The translations under genes and the position numbers were made by a program. The notes beneath the pieces are model-generated. The model searched no databases. It was not told the DNA's origin and saw nothing but the letters and a program-made list of their open reading frames with translations. A stretch of 64,000 bases of DNA from an uncultured Flavipsychrobacter sp. (lineage in GTDB: Bacteria; Bacteroidota; Bacteroidia; Chitinophagales; Chitinophagaceae), in NCBI GenBank assembly GCA_964464965.1, contig CAYXHM010000001.1, forward strand, positions 251,947-315,946. Direction: 5' to 3'. Shown here in pieces: positions 55,541 to 64,000 of this stretch. The stretch's first letter is position 1, and each line of letters begins with the position of its first letter.

Positions 55541-57145
55541 TTATAACCTTGTAAACTTCTCCTGGGCCACTATCCTGTCTTGTTCAGTTATCTGCACTAT
55601 GTATATATCTGCTGCAAGCCCCCCGATATCTATGCGGGTATTATTGTCAGATAATGCGCCGGCTTTTATTACACGGCCGGTTTTATCTACTATCTTATAT
55701 TCAAACTTTCTGCCACTGGCCATAACATTACTGCTAATGTAAAGGTCTGATGCATTGGCAGGGTTGGGATATAATACCATGCTGACAGTACCATCAATGT
55801 TATTTACAGAGGTTTTGTCAACAGACAGCACAGCTTCGTCGCTGGTATCTCCGGGACTGTTGCACAGCAGGCTGCTCATAATGATACACCTGAACCGGAA
55901 ATTATTCTGCACGGTACTTATACCTTTTACAATAAGCTGGCTGGTTTTTACGCCGCTGTATATGCCACCATCGTTCAGGTTTACAAAATTACCCAGTGGT
56001 GGCGCTGCCTGCCATTGGTACCTGGCACCGGCAGCAGTAGCTTCTGCTTTAAATATTGCAATGCTACCCGGTTTTAGGAATGTATCTCTGGGAGACAAGC
56101 CGACAGATGGTATAGGTGCGACTGTCAGGCGCAGATTGGTGGTTGTATCAGCATCGCATATGCCATTTACAATGCACCTGAAACGGCTGCCATCAAGTGT
56201 ATCCGGCACACCAGTTATACGTAGCACATGTCCTAAATGGGTATATGGCGGAGCGGTGGGTACATCGACATAACCAACACCCGGCACAAAAATCTGCCAC
56301 TGGAAGTTAACGATTGAGCCGTCTGCCTTCACCTGCAGGTCTTTAGTTGCAGTGATACAAGTAGTATCTGTTGGTTTCAGGTTCTGGAGGTTTACCAGGC
56401 CATTTACGGTAAGGATAGCTTCGTCACTGGTATCTTTACATATACTTTTGGTAGCAATAACACGGTATATAGAACCATTAAGGTCAAAACCTGCATTGTT
56501 TATACCAATAGTGGCTGTATTAGAACCACTAAAGTTTGCGTTATTGACAACATCATTAAAACCGGACCCCAGGTCTATTTGCCATTGGTAGTTGGTTACA
56601 TCTACCGCGTTCACTGTAAATGATGCATTTTCTTCTTCGCATATGGTAGAATCAACGGCTTGTTTAACAATTTCTGTAGAACAACTGATTCCATATACCT
56701 CTATTTCCCTGTGGTTGGGGTTGCCACTGCCCGCTATATTGTTAAATCTGAGCTTAGTTGTTGTTACAGGTGAGAATGTAACTGAATCCAGACAGGTAGC
56801 GCTGTTGTTATAATTCATTATGGTCGTGTAGGAAGTACCATTCCAGTACTCTATGGTACAGGTGGTCATAGGGCGGCCATCTTTATAGAAAATAACTTTT
56901 GTGAGCGTTTGTGCGCTGCTCCATGTATATTCTATCCAGCCGTTGGTGCTCACCCAACCCCAGGGGGTAGAGCCGCAGTTAGCAATTACACCGTCATTAT
57001 AATTGGCAGCACTATAATCGGGAGAACCAGTTGCACCACCACCAGAGTGTGCACTTGTTGCCGTCAATGCGAGGTTCTGTGCATTAAGATCTGAAACCAC
57101 TAAGATATAGAGCACCGCAATGCAAATTTTAAGTATAAATTTCAT
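55541..57145 (-). CDS. T9SS-secreted surface protein, tandem paralog 3, with discoidin (F5/8 type C)-like N-terminal domain
   Basis: 534 aa. The N-terminal ~150 aa (ATSAHSGGG...A.NYNDG......W.....GWIEYTW...Q.L.KV.FY......IEYWNG.SY......VTF.PV.T.KLRF......NPNHREIEVYG) looks like a discoidin/galactose-binding domain. The Ig modules and CTD are as in paralog 2. Confidence 0.85.
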   Translation of the reverse strand: MKFILKICIAVLYILVVSDLNAQNLALTATSAHSGGGATGSPDYSAANYNDGVIANCGSTPWGWVSTNGWIEYTWSSAQTLTKVIFYKDGRPMTTCTIEYWNGTSYTTIMNYNNSATCLDSVTFSPVTTTKLRFNNIAGSGNPNHREIEVYGISCSTEIVKQAVDSTICEEENASFTVNAVDVTNYQWQIDLGSGFNDVVNNANFSGSNTATIGINNAGFDLNGSIYRVIATKSICKDTSDEAILTVNGLVNLQNLKPTDTTCITATKDLQVKADGSIVNFQWQIFVPGVGYVDVPTAPPYTHLGHVLRITGVPDTLDGSRFRCIVNGICDADTTTNLRLTVAPIPSVGLSPRDTFLKPGSIAIFKAEATAAGARYQWQAAPPLGNFVNLNDGGIYSGVKTSQLIVKGISTVQNNFRFRCIIMSSLLCNSPGDTSDEAVLSVDKTSVNNIDGTVSMVLYPNPANASDLYISSNVMASGRKFEYKIVDKTGRVIKAGALSDNNTRIDIGGLAADIYIVQITEQDRIVAQEKFTRL

Positions 57146-57324
57146 ATCGTTTTCTTGTTATTACTTATTGGTTAAACAAATGCTATCATCTTAAAGATAC
57201 CTAAAATTTGCGAAATTTTTAACATGTCTTTAATTTTAAATCTGTCCCTTATATTTTAACAACCCATAGCCATGCATTCAGAGTGTGTTGCCTATATTTA
57301 CAATTAAAACAGTACAATAACGAT

Positions 57325-57885
57325 ATGAAAAGAACATGGTTGCTGGCGGCTGCTATTTGCGCTACAGCTGTTTCAAATGCGCAGATAACCGACCAGGAAA
57401 CCGCAAGGAAATCTGTATTTGCTGCGGCAAAAGCAATGGACGAGGCCCTTATCCAGCACCGTTACGACGATTATTCTGCGTTTAACCACCCGACACTGGT
57501 AGCCCAGGTAGAGGGAGGGAGGCGCGCTATGGCTCTTCAACTGGCCAAGCAACTGGCTGAGATAAGCGAAAGCGGCAATGTTATCACCGCTGTATGGCCT
57601 GAAATGCCTGCTGTTGTAATAGATACTGCCGGAGAATGGCAGGCCACCCTGCAACAATATATGACCTACCGCCTGCCCGAGGGTACTATAAAATCGGTAA
57701 CCACCATTATTGGCATGTCTCCCGACGAGGGAAAACAATGGTACTTTATAGATGCCGCAGGCCGCAACCTCCATCAAATGCGCCAGATTTTCCCGAAATT
57801 GAGTTCCAAATTAAAGATAGCCAAGCCAACAGAGCCGCAGTTTACTGCAGACAATCCCGGTGCACCGCCTGCCGTTAAGCCATAG
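57325..57885 (+). CDS. Hypothetical secreted protein
   Basis: The signal peptide MKRTWLLAAAICATAVSNAQ starts at the internal ATG 57325. No known motifs. Confidence 0.55.
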   Translation: MKRTWLLAAAICATAVSNAQITDQETARKSVFAAAKAMDEALIQHRYDDYSAFNHPTLVAQVEGGRRAMALQLAKQLAEISESGNVITAVWPEMPAVVIDTAGEWQATLQQYMTYRLPEGTIKSVTTIIGMSPDEGKQWYFIDAAGRNLHQMRQIFPKLSSKLKIAKPTEPQFTADNPGAPPAVKP

Positions 57886-57888
57886 GCT

Positions 57889-59019
57889 TTATACAAGAGA
57901 TTCATACACCTGCATAACTGCCCCAGCGCAGCGTGCAGGTGTAAATTTTTGTGCCTGTACCAGCCCCTTTTGTACCATTTCATTACGTAGCGTCTCGTCT
58001 GTAGTGACACGGGCTATAGCAGCCGCCAGTTCTTCCACATCCATAGGGTTAATGTATAAGGGAGCATCACCACCCGTTTCGGGCATACAGGATACATTGC
58101 TGGTGATAACCGGTACACCGCTCCACATGCTTTCAAGTATAGGTATGCCAAACCCTTCAAATACCGATGCGTAAATATTGGCCGTTGCGCCACGGTATAT
58201 AGCAGGCATATCGTCTGCATCCACACCATTATCATGCTCACCCAGGAATAATACTTTTAGTAGCAGATCATGTTGTTTTATATAGCTGCGCACCTGCTCG
58301 TAATAACTACCGCTCCCTCTGCCTACCACAGTCAGTGGTATATTTAAAGTATCGCCCAGTTGGTGGACTGCTTTTACAATATTCAGCAGGTTTTTGCGCT
58401 CTATGATACTGCCCACCGTCAGCAGGTATTGCTGTGGCAGGTTATACTTTTCCCGCACCCGCTGCATGGTGGTATCATCTACCGGGTGCTGAAATGCAGG
58501 GTTACAACTCTGGTAGCAGACCTTTATTTTATCGGCAGGTACTTTATAAAACTGCTGCAAATCCTCAGCGGTTTGCCGGCTGATGGCTATGACGACATCG
58601 GCATGTTTACAGGCGTACTTAAACTTTTTGCGGTACACGGCCACGTCAATAGCCTTGTACTGGCTTGGGTAGCGTTCATATATCAGGTCGTGCATGGTGA
58701 CGACTGACCTGATGCCCTTAAGACCAACGGGTATCTCATGGCTGAGGCCGTGGAAGAGGTCGATGTCCAACTGCCGCAGGTCGTGCCGGATGCCGCTGCT
58801 GCGCCATAGCGATGGAAATGTTTTGTACACCCCACCGGGCAGTATAGTATGCACATTGCTTTGCGCAGGCGGATGGTACAATGTGCCGGGCCGGGGGGTA
58901 GCCAGGTAGTAGTCGTGCTCCGGATAGCCCTCTATAAGAGCGTTGAGCAGGTTACGGCTGTATTGCCCGAGCCCTGTCTCGTTATGAAAAGCCCGCTTGG
59001 CGTCAAATGCTATGCGCAT
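57889..59019 (-). CDS. Glycosyltransferase family 4 (GT-B, group 1)
   Basis: The C-terminal half reads ...ANIYASVFEGFGIPILESMWSGVPVITSN.S..PE..GDA, the EX7E-type GT1/GT4 signature. Confidence 0.85.
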   Translation of the reverse strand: MRIAFDAKRAFHNETGLGQYSRNLLNALIEGYPEHDYYLATPRPGTLYHPPAQSNVHTILPGGVYKTFPSLWRSSGIRHDLRQLDIDLFHGLSHEIPVGLKGIRSVVTMHDLIYERYPSQYKAIDVAVYRKKFKYACKHADVVIAISRQTAEDLQQFYKVPADKIKVCYQSCNPAFQHPVDDTTMQRVREKYNLPQQYLLTVGSIIERKNLLNIVKAVHQLGDTLNIPLTVVGRGSGSYYEQVRSYIKQHDLLLKVLFLGEHDNGVDADDMPAIYRGATANIYASVFEGFGIPILESMWSGVPVITSNVSCMPETGGDAPLYINPMDVEELAAAIARVTTDETLRNEMVQKGLVQAQKFTPARCAGAVMQVYESLV

Positions 59020-59300
59020 GTGTAAAAATAGTCAGTTAAATGGCAAAGGGGAAATCCCAAAGAGAAAATTCCAAATTCTAATGTAGTCTCACATCCATGT
59101 CATTTTGTTTTTTTATTTGATTTGTATTTGTCTGTGTTGTTCATTCGATTGTTATCCCGGTTATCAGCCTTTTATTTGCTAGCTGTTTCACTTTTCCTTT
59201 TAATAGGATGTCTTACTATAAACCTTAAAAACAGATTACTACCAACAAATCGTAATATAAAACAAACAATTTGCATATATTTATTGGCAATTCTAATCAT

Positions 59301-62300
59301 ATGCAACCTGTAAAAACCATTTTATTCCTTATAGCTGCCTGCTGTAATGCCTTTGTCGGCACAGCTAAAGATGAAGTTTCAGCAAAGAATTTCAGGCAAC
59401 AATCGTCATTGTTGTTTATTGAAAATAAAGGGCAGATAACTGATCAGCACGGTATTGTGCGCAGTGATATTGACTTCAAACTACAAGCTCCGGGCCTGAC
59501 GATGTTCATTGGCAACGGCCAAGTGCACTACCAATGGAGCCGTTCTGAAAAGCAAAAAGAAAAAGTCAAAACCGGGGAAGTTAGTCCCAATGGGCAGAGT
59601 CCAAATACCAGGGAAAAATTGCCGCCTTTTCCACAAATGGAACCTGATGAGGAACATACAATTACTACCTGCAGGATGGATGTAACACTCATTGGGGCTG
59701 ACAGAAATGCACAGTTGGTTGCCGAAGAGCAGGACAGTTATTATGAAAACCATATAACGAGGGCCACAGGTGAAAAAGGAGTAGTGGCACATACCTACCG
59801 TAAACTCACTTACAAAAATATTTATCCGAATATTGACTGGGTATTGTATGTAGGTACAGGAGAGGTTTTGAAATATGACTTTGTAGTACACCCTGGTGGT
59901 AATGCAAATGATATACAGCTGCGCTATGATGGAGCGACAGAACTGAAACTGCATAATGGTGCACTTACTGCCATCACAACTTATGGCAGCATTACAGAAA
60001 ACGCACCCTACACATACAATGCAGAAACCAATCAGCAGGTAGCTTCTGCTTTTGTACTGAACGGTAATACATTATCCTTCCGGGTAGAAAATAAGGCCAG
60101 GGCTACGTTGGTAATAGACCCGCAACTGCACTGGGCCACCTATTATGGGGGAGCAATGCAGGACTACCTGTACCATGTTACGGGAGATGATAGCGGCTAT
60201 GTGTACGGAACTGGTTGGACCTATAGTGTTAATAACATTGCCACTACGGGTGCTTACCAAGATACATTGCCACTCATTTGGTGGACCAGTTCACAATATT
60301 ATTGTGCGTTCATTGTAAAACTTTCAGATGCCGGTGTAAGGCAGTGGGGAACCTATTATTATCCCGGCTGCAGGCTCTGGCTATATTCAGGTAAATTTAA
60401 AGGTGGGTTATACCTGTGCGGCCGTGCAGACACCAGCGCCATACCTGTTATGGGTACCACGGGCACAGAGCAGCCGGGACACGGTGGAGGAGTATATGAT
60501 GGGGTGCTGGTAAAATTCACAAAAAACGGTATGCCTGAATGGATGACCTATGTTGGTGGATCAAGTTGGGACCATGTCTACGATCTGGACATAGACGGAA
60601 ACGGTGATCTTATTATTGGAGGACACACACAAAGCAGCAACAATATGGCGTCAACCAATGCGCACCAAACCACTATCAGCAGCGCCTTTTATTCAGGCTT
60701 TGTAGCAAAATACAGCCCGCAGGGGGTGCGTAAATGGGGCACTTATTATGGCGATACATGGTGGACACATGTTTCGGGGGTTACGGTAGATAAATGGAAC
60801 AATATATACATATCCGGAAGCACGGATGATACAGCGGGTATTGCCACACCCGGCACGCATAAAGACAGTGCATATTTCGCACCCAACAATTCTAATGGTT
60901 ATTGGGAAGAGGGTTTCATTGCAAAGTTTGATGCATCAGGAAAACGGCTATGGGGCACTTACGTAGGTGGACCTGGCCGGGACTACCTGTGGGGTGGCCT
61001 GGACTGTGATGACAGCGGCAATGTTTATACGAGCGGGTGGACAGAAAGCACTACCGGCATTGCCACGCCAGGTGCTTACAAAACAATGATGCCTTCAACT
61101 AATTATGCAGGCATGATGATGAAATTTGACTCTTCAGGGCAGCGAAAATGGGGAACATATTTAGATAGTAATTACTATTCCGGCTATTATGGCGGGTTAA
61201 CTATTCATAACAACACGTTGTACCTGTCAGGCTCAACAGGCAACACATCCGACATTGCCACACCAGATGCAGCACAGCTTGCATTAAAAGGGCAGTCTGA
61301 TCTCTACATCCTGAAATTTAGTACGGAAGGCAAAAAAACCTGGGGCAGCTATTTTGGCGGCTCCGGTGAAGAATATAATAACGGCGGATATGGTGGTAAT
61401 AATGCCTTTGTCAACACCTGGAATGGCAGCACCAATATTTACCTGCACGGCCATACCAGCAATAGTTATGATGTGAGCACCTTCAACTGCCATCAGTTTA
61501 CTCATGGTGGCAGCCATGACGGATTCATCGCTAAACTTACAGAGGATACTTTGGTGTCCATCAACTCAGAAATACCCTTGTATGCATGCGTGGGCGATAC
61601 AATACAGCTGGGCTACCGCACTACTTACTCATTCCGCAATGGTAATCTTTTTACAGCAGAATTGTCTGATGATACAGGCGGCTTTGCCAATCCTATAACC
61701 ATAGGCAGTGTGGTGAGTGACACTACAGGAGAGATGACCTGCGTGATACCTTTAAACACTCCGCGTGGGGACAGATACCGCATACGTGTAACTGCCAGCC
61801 TGAGGGGTGATACATCGGTACAAAGTGTGAACAAGATATACATCAACAATATTTACCCACAGGATTTTTCAGCCACAAGCAACAGCCCCGTGTGCCTTGA
61901 AGATACGATAAGGTTCAGTGCTACGTCCACATCGCATGGCATACAATATTCCTGGAAAGGGGTGTACGGCTTTCACGATACAGGTGCTAATCCGGTGATA
62001 GCCAATGCTGCTACCACGAACGATGGGGAGTATATCGTCACAGCAAATTTATACGGCTGTAAAGCAAGAGATACAGTAACAGTTTCAACCAAACCACTGC
62101 CTTATACTAATATCATCAACCATGATGCAATAGCGCAGAACCTGCCTTGCGAGGCAGATACTTTAAAGCTTATAACCAGTGACGCTAATCCCGGTACTAC
62201 CTATAGCTGGACAGGGCCTGCGGGTTTCAGCTCTACTACACAAAATCCTAAAATAGCGCCGGTGCCTTTGACGTACAACGGAAGGTTTATTATTACCACA

Positions 62301-64000
62301 ACGCTGAATGGCTGCGAACAAAAAGATACCCTTAACGCACAGGTAAAACCTTTGCCACAAAATTTATCGACCAGTGCTACCGGGCCGGTATGCAGCGGTA
62401 CCAATGTTCAGCTAAGCGCCACATCTACCTCAGCAGGGGTTACCTGGAAGTGGGAAGGGCCCAATAGTTTTACCACAACATTACAGAACCCCGTCATACT
62501 GGCAGCCCAGCCAATACACAATGGCGATTATATTGTAACAGCAACACTCAATGGCTGCGCAATTAAAGATACCGTAACAGCTGTAGTGAATGTTATCCCT
62601 GACAAACCCATCATCAATACCAATACCCCTGTTTGTGAAAAAGACAGCCTTCACTTTTCGGTTACAAATGTTGCCACCGGTGCAAGTTATAGTTGGGCAG
62701 GGCCACAGGCTTTTACAGGCAGTAAAGAAGATACGGTATTTGAGGCGGGAAGCGTCAACGCTTCAGGGCAGTACACGCTGACAGTATCTAAAGATGGCTG
62801 CAGCAATTCTGAAAATATAACCGTGCTTGTGAAACCCCTGCCTGCCGCTGTGAGTGTTAGCAACAACGGTCCCATTTGTGAAGGCAACACTTTACAGCTA
62901 AGCAGTGGCACCTCTACCACAGGCAGTGCCTATAGCTGGGCAGGCCCGGGTAACTTCGGCGCAGGCACACAGAATACCTCTGTTTCCTCAGCTACACCTG
63001 CCACTAGCGGATGGTATAAAATGACTGTGACGCTAAGGGGTTGCCTGTTTACTGACAGTACATTGGCGACAGTTAACGAGGTGCCTGTTTTATCCAATAT
63101 AACAGCTAATCAGCCTATATGTCTTGGGGAAACACTCAACCTGTCTGCAGGGAACATTAACAACGCTATCTATAGCTGGTACGGCCCCGGTGCTTTTACG
63201 GCAAGTGGCCGTACACCTGCAAAGACCAACCTGCAATATGCAGATACGGGCTGGTACCGTGTAATAGCTACTGCAAATAATTGTGTGTCTGCACCGGACA
63301 GTGTATATGTAAAAGCTAATCCTGTACCCTTTGTAGTCATATCTGCCAATAAGGACAGTATCTGCCAGGGGGATGCAGTCCAGTTTACTGCATTGCCCAA
63401 TCAACATGCGGGCACGCCTGTATTTGTATGGAAGGTGAATGGCACGACAACCGGTACAGGTCTTGTATATAACACTTCCGCCCTGAATGATGGCGATGTA
63501 ATATCCTGCAGCATGACGGAAAACACAAAGTGCAGCGCGCCATATACTGACCAGAGTAATGATGTGACGATGTCGGTATTGCAGTGGAAGACCCCGGCTG
63601 TAAGTATAGTCGCCGCACCTAACACACCTGTAAAGGTGGGGCAGCAGGTAATGTTCACTGCCAGCCCTGTAAATGGAGGCATTTTACCTAAATATCAATG
63701 GAAGCGCAACGGCAACAATGTACAGGGAGCTACCGGTGCCATATGGAGCGCGAGCACATTAAGCGATAACGATGAGATATGCGTGGAGATGACCAGCAGC
63801 TATATGTGCCCTCAGCCAGCCACTGTAAAAAGCAACTGTATCAATGTAAAAATACTGACCGGCATTTACGACAATCAATTAGCCGGTATGGTATCGCTGC
63901 ATCCAAATCCTAATAATGGCCGTTTTGTATTGTCCGGGCAGGTGTTGCAAACCATAACCGGTGCAGTAAAAATAGAAGTACTGAACACATTGGGCCAGGT
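59301..64000 (+). CDS. Very large T9SS-secreted adhesin-like protein (SBBP beta-propeller repeats plus ~80-aa Cys-containing Ig-like modules plus start of CTD); runs off the right edge
   Basis: ATG 59301 (MQPVKTILFLIAACCNAFVG). I translated 59301-61560 and several later stretches without meeting a stop. It contains repeated WGTYYGG....G..VD..GN.Y..G.T.S...IAT.GA SBBP-like units. There are at least 7 modules with (Y/W)SW.GP..F. The last residues, SLHPNPNNGRFVLSG, begin a T9SS CTD. It is not in the ORF track because there is no stop in the window. Confidence 0.85.
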   Translation, partial: MQPVKTILFLIAACCNAFVGTAKDEVSAKNFRQQSSLLFIENKGQITDQHGIVRSDIDFKLQAPGLTMFIGNGQVHYQWSRSEKQKEKVKTGEVSPNGQSPNTREKLPPFPQMEPDEEHTITTCRMDVTLIGADRNAQLVAEEQDSYYENHITRATGEKGVVAHTYRKLTYKNIYPNIDWVLYVGTGEVLKYDFVVHPGGNANDIQLRYDGATELKLHNGALTAITTYGSITENAPYTYNAETNQQVASAFVLNGNTLSFRVENKARATLVIDPQLHWATYYGGAMQDYLYHVTGDDSGYVYGTGWTYSVNNIATTGAYQDTLPLIWWTSSQYYCAFIVKLSDAGVRQWGTYYYPGCRLWLYSGKFKGGLYLCGRADTSAIPVMGTTGTEQPGHGGGVYDGVLVKFTKNGMPEWMTYVGGSSWDHVYDLDIDGNGDLIIGGHTQSSNNMASTNAHQTTISSAFYSGFVAKYSPQGVRKWGTYYGDTWWTHVSGVTVDKWNNIYISGSTDDTAGIATPGTHKDSAYFAPNNSNGYWEEGFIAKFDASGKRLWGTYVGGPGRDYLWGGLDCDDSGNVYTSGWTESTTGIATPGAYKTMMPSTNYAGMMMKFDSSGQRKWGTYLDSNYYSGYYGGLTIHNNTLYLSGSTGNTSDIATPDAAQLALKGQSDLYILKFSTEGKKTWGSYFGGSGEEYNNGGYGGNNAFVNTWNGSTNIYLHGHTSNSYDVSTFNCHQFTHGGSHDGFIAKLTEDTLVSINSEIPLYACVGDTIQLGYRTTYSFRNGNLFTAELSDDTGGFANPITIGSVVSDTTGEMTCVIPLNTPRGDRYRIRVTASLRGDTSVQSVNKIYINNIYPQDFSATSNSPVCLEDTIRFSATSTSHGIQYSWKGVYGFHDTGANPVIANAATTNDGEYIVTANLYGCKARDTVTVSTKPLPYTNIINHDAIAQNLPCEADTLKLITSDANPGTTYSWTGPAGFSSTTQNPKIAPVPLTYNGRFIITTTLNGCEQKDTLNAQVKPLPQNLSTSATGPVCSGTNVQLSATSTSAGVTWKWEGPNSFTTTLQNPVILAAQPIHNGDYIVTATLNGCAIKDTVTAVVNVIPDKPIINTNTPVCEKDSLHFSVTNVATGASYSWAGPQAFTGSKEDTVFEAGSVNASGQYTLTVSKDGCSNSENITVLVKPLPAAVSVSNNGPICEGNTLQLSSGTSTTGSAYSWAGPGNFGAGTQNTSVSSATPATSGWYKMTVTLRGCLFTDSTLATVNEVPVLSNITANQPICLGETLNLSAGNINNAIYSWYGPGAFTASGRTPAKTNLQYADTGWYRVIATANNCVSAPDSVYVKANPVPFVVISANKDSICQGDAVQFTALPNQHAGTPVFVWKVNGTTTGTGLVYNTSALNDGDVISCSMTENTKCSAPYTDQSNDVTMSVLQWKTPAVSIVAAPNTPVKVGQQVMFTASPVNGGILPKYQWKRNGNNVQGATGAIWSASTLSDNDEICVEMTSSYMCPQPATVKSNCINVKILTGIYDNQLAGMVSLHPNPNNGRFVLSGQVLQTITGAVKIEVLNTLGQ

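Noticed and set aside
51604-57145. A CRISPR-like or DGR-like interpretation of the periodic repeats in the paralog array.
   Set aside because: The period is ~1.97 kb of protein-coding DNA, not 25-40-bp repeats with spacers. No reverse transcriptase or cas gene is present, and the differences between copies are not adenine-specific.
59481-59954. 157-aa ORF antisense to the start of the giant adhesin, and the small ORF at 59122..59313.
   Set aside because: The + strand frame from 59301 is open for 4.7 kb with clear repeat-domain structure. The antisense and upstream ORFs lack any support.

Overview
This is a 64-kb chromosomal window from a Bacteroidota bacterium. Gene content looks Chitinophagaceae/Sphingobacteriia-like: a gldK-gldL-gldM-gldN T9SS/gliding core, at least six proteins with T9SS C-terminal sorting domains, and TAnnTTTG-type promoter motifs. 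By eye, GC is about 45-48%.

Most of the window is ordinary housekeeping:
- MATE efflux pump and a LolA-like protein
- aminotransferase plus aspartokinase operon
- OstA-like, MlaD and Omp85-like envelope genes
- gldKLMN
- YyaL, HemD and DUF4271
- hemW, leuS, a fatty-acid desaturase and a cystathionine-beta-synthase operon
- one tRNA-Lys(UUU)

I recognised no rRNA, CRISPR array, integrase or transposase.

The unusual material is concentrated in four places.
1. **40.5-48 kb accessory stretch.** Three single-gene modules are each bracketed by direct repeats: an S1 protease, a small Cys-rich secreted protein, and a low-GC orphan HEPN-like gene. The repeats are 69 bp, 63 bp and about 40-90 bp. Two of them duplicate the end of the neighbouring gene so that the neighbour stays intact. 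A high-GC DUF3987 gene and dense palindromic repeats lie in the same stretch.
2. **Candidate lysine attenuator.** A Lys-codon-rich leader-peptide/terminator structure sits upstream of the aminotransferase-aspartokinase operon.
3. **T9SS cargo array, 51.6-57.3 kb.** Three paralogous T9SS cargo genes lie in tandem. They show a near-identical recombination tract and an N-terminal domain swap.
4. **tRNA-Lys neighbourhood.** An orphan terminase-small-subunit-like gene lies beside tRNA-Lys, with a second copy of the Cys-rich secreted protein family nearby.

All functional calls come from reading the translations and recalling family motifs. No database search was run.
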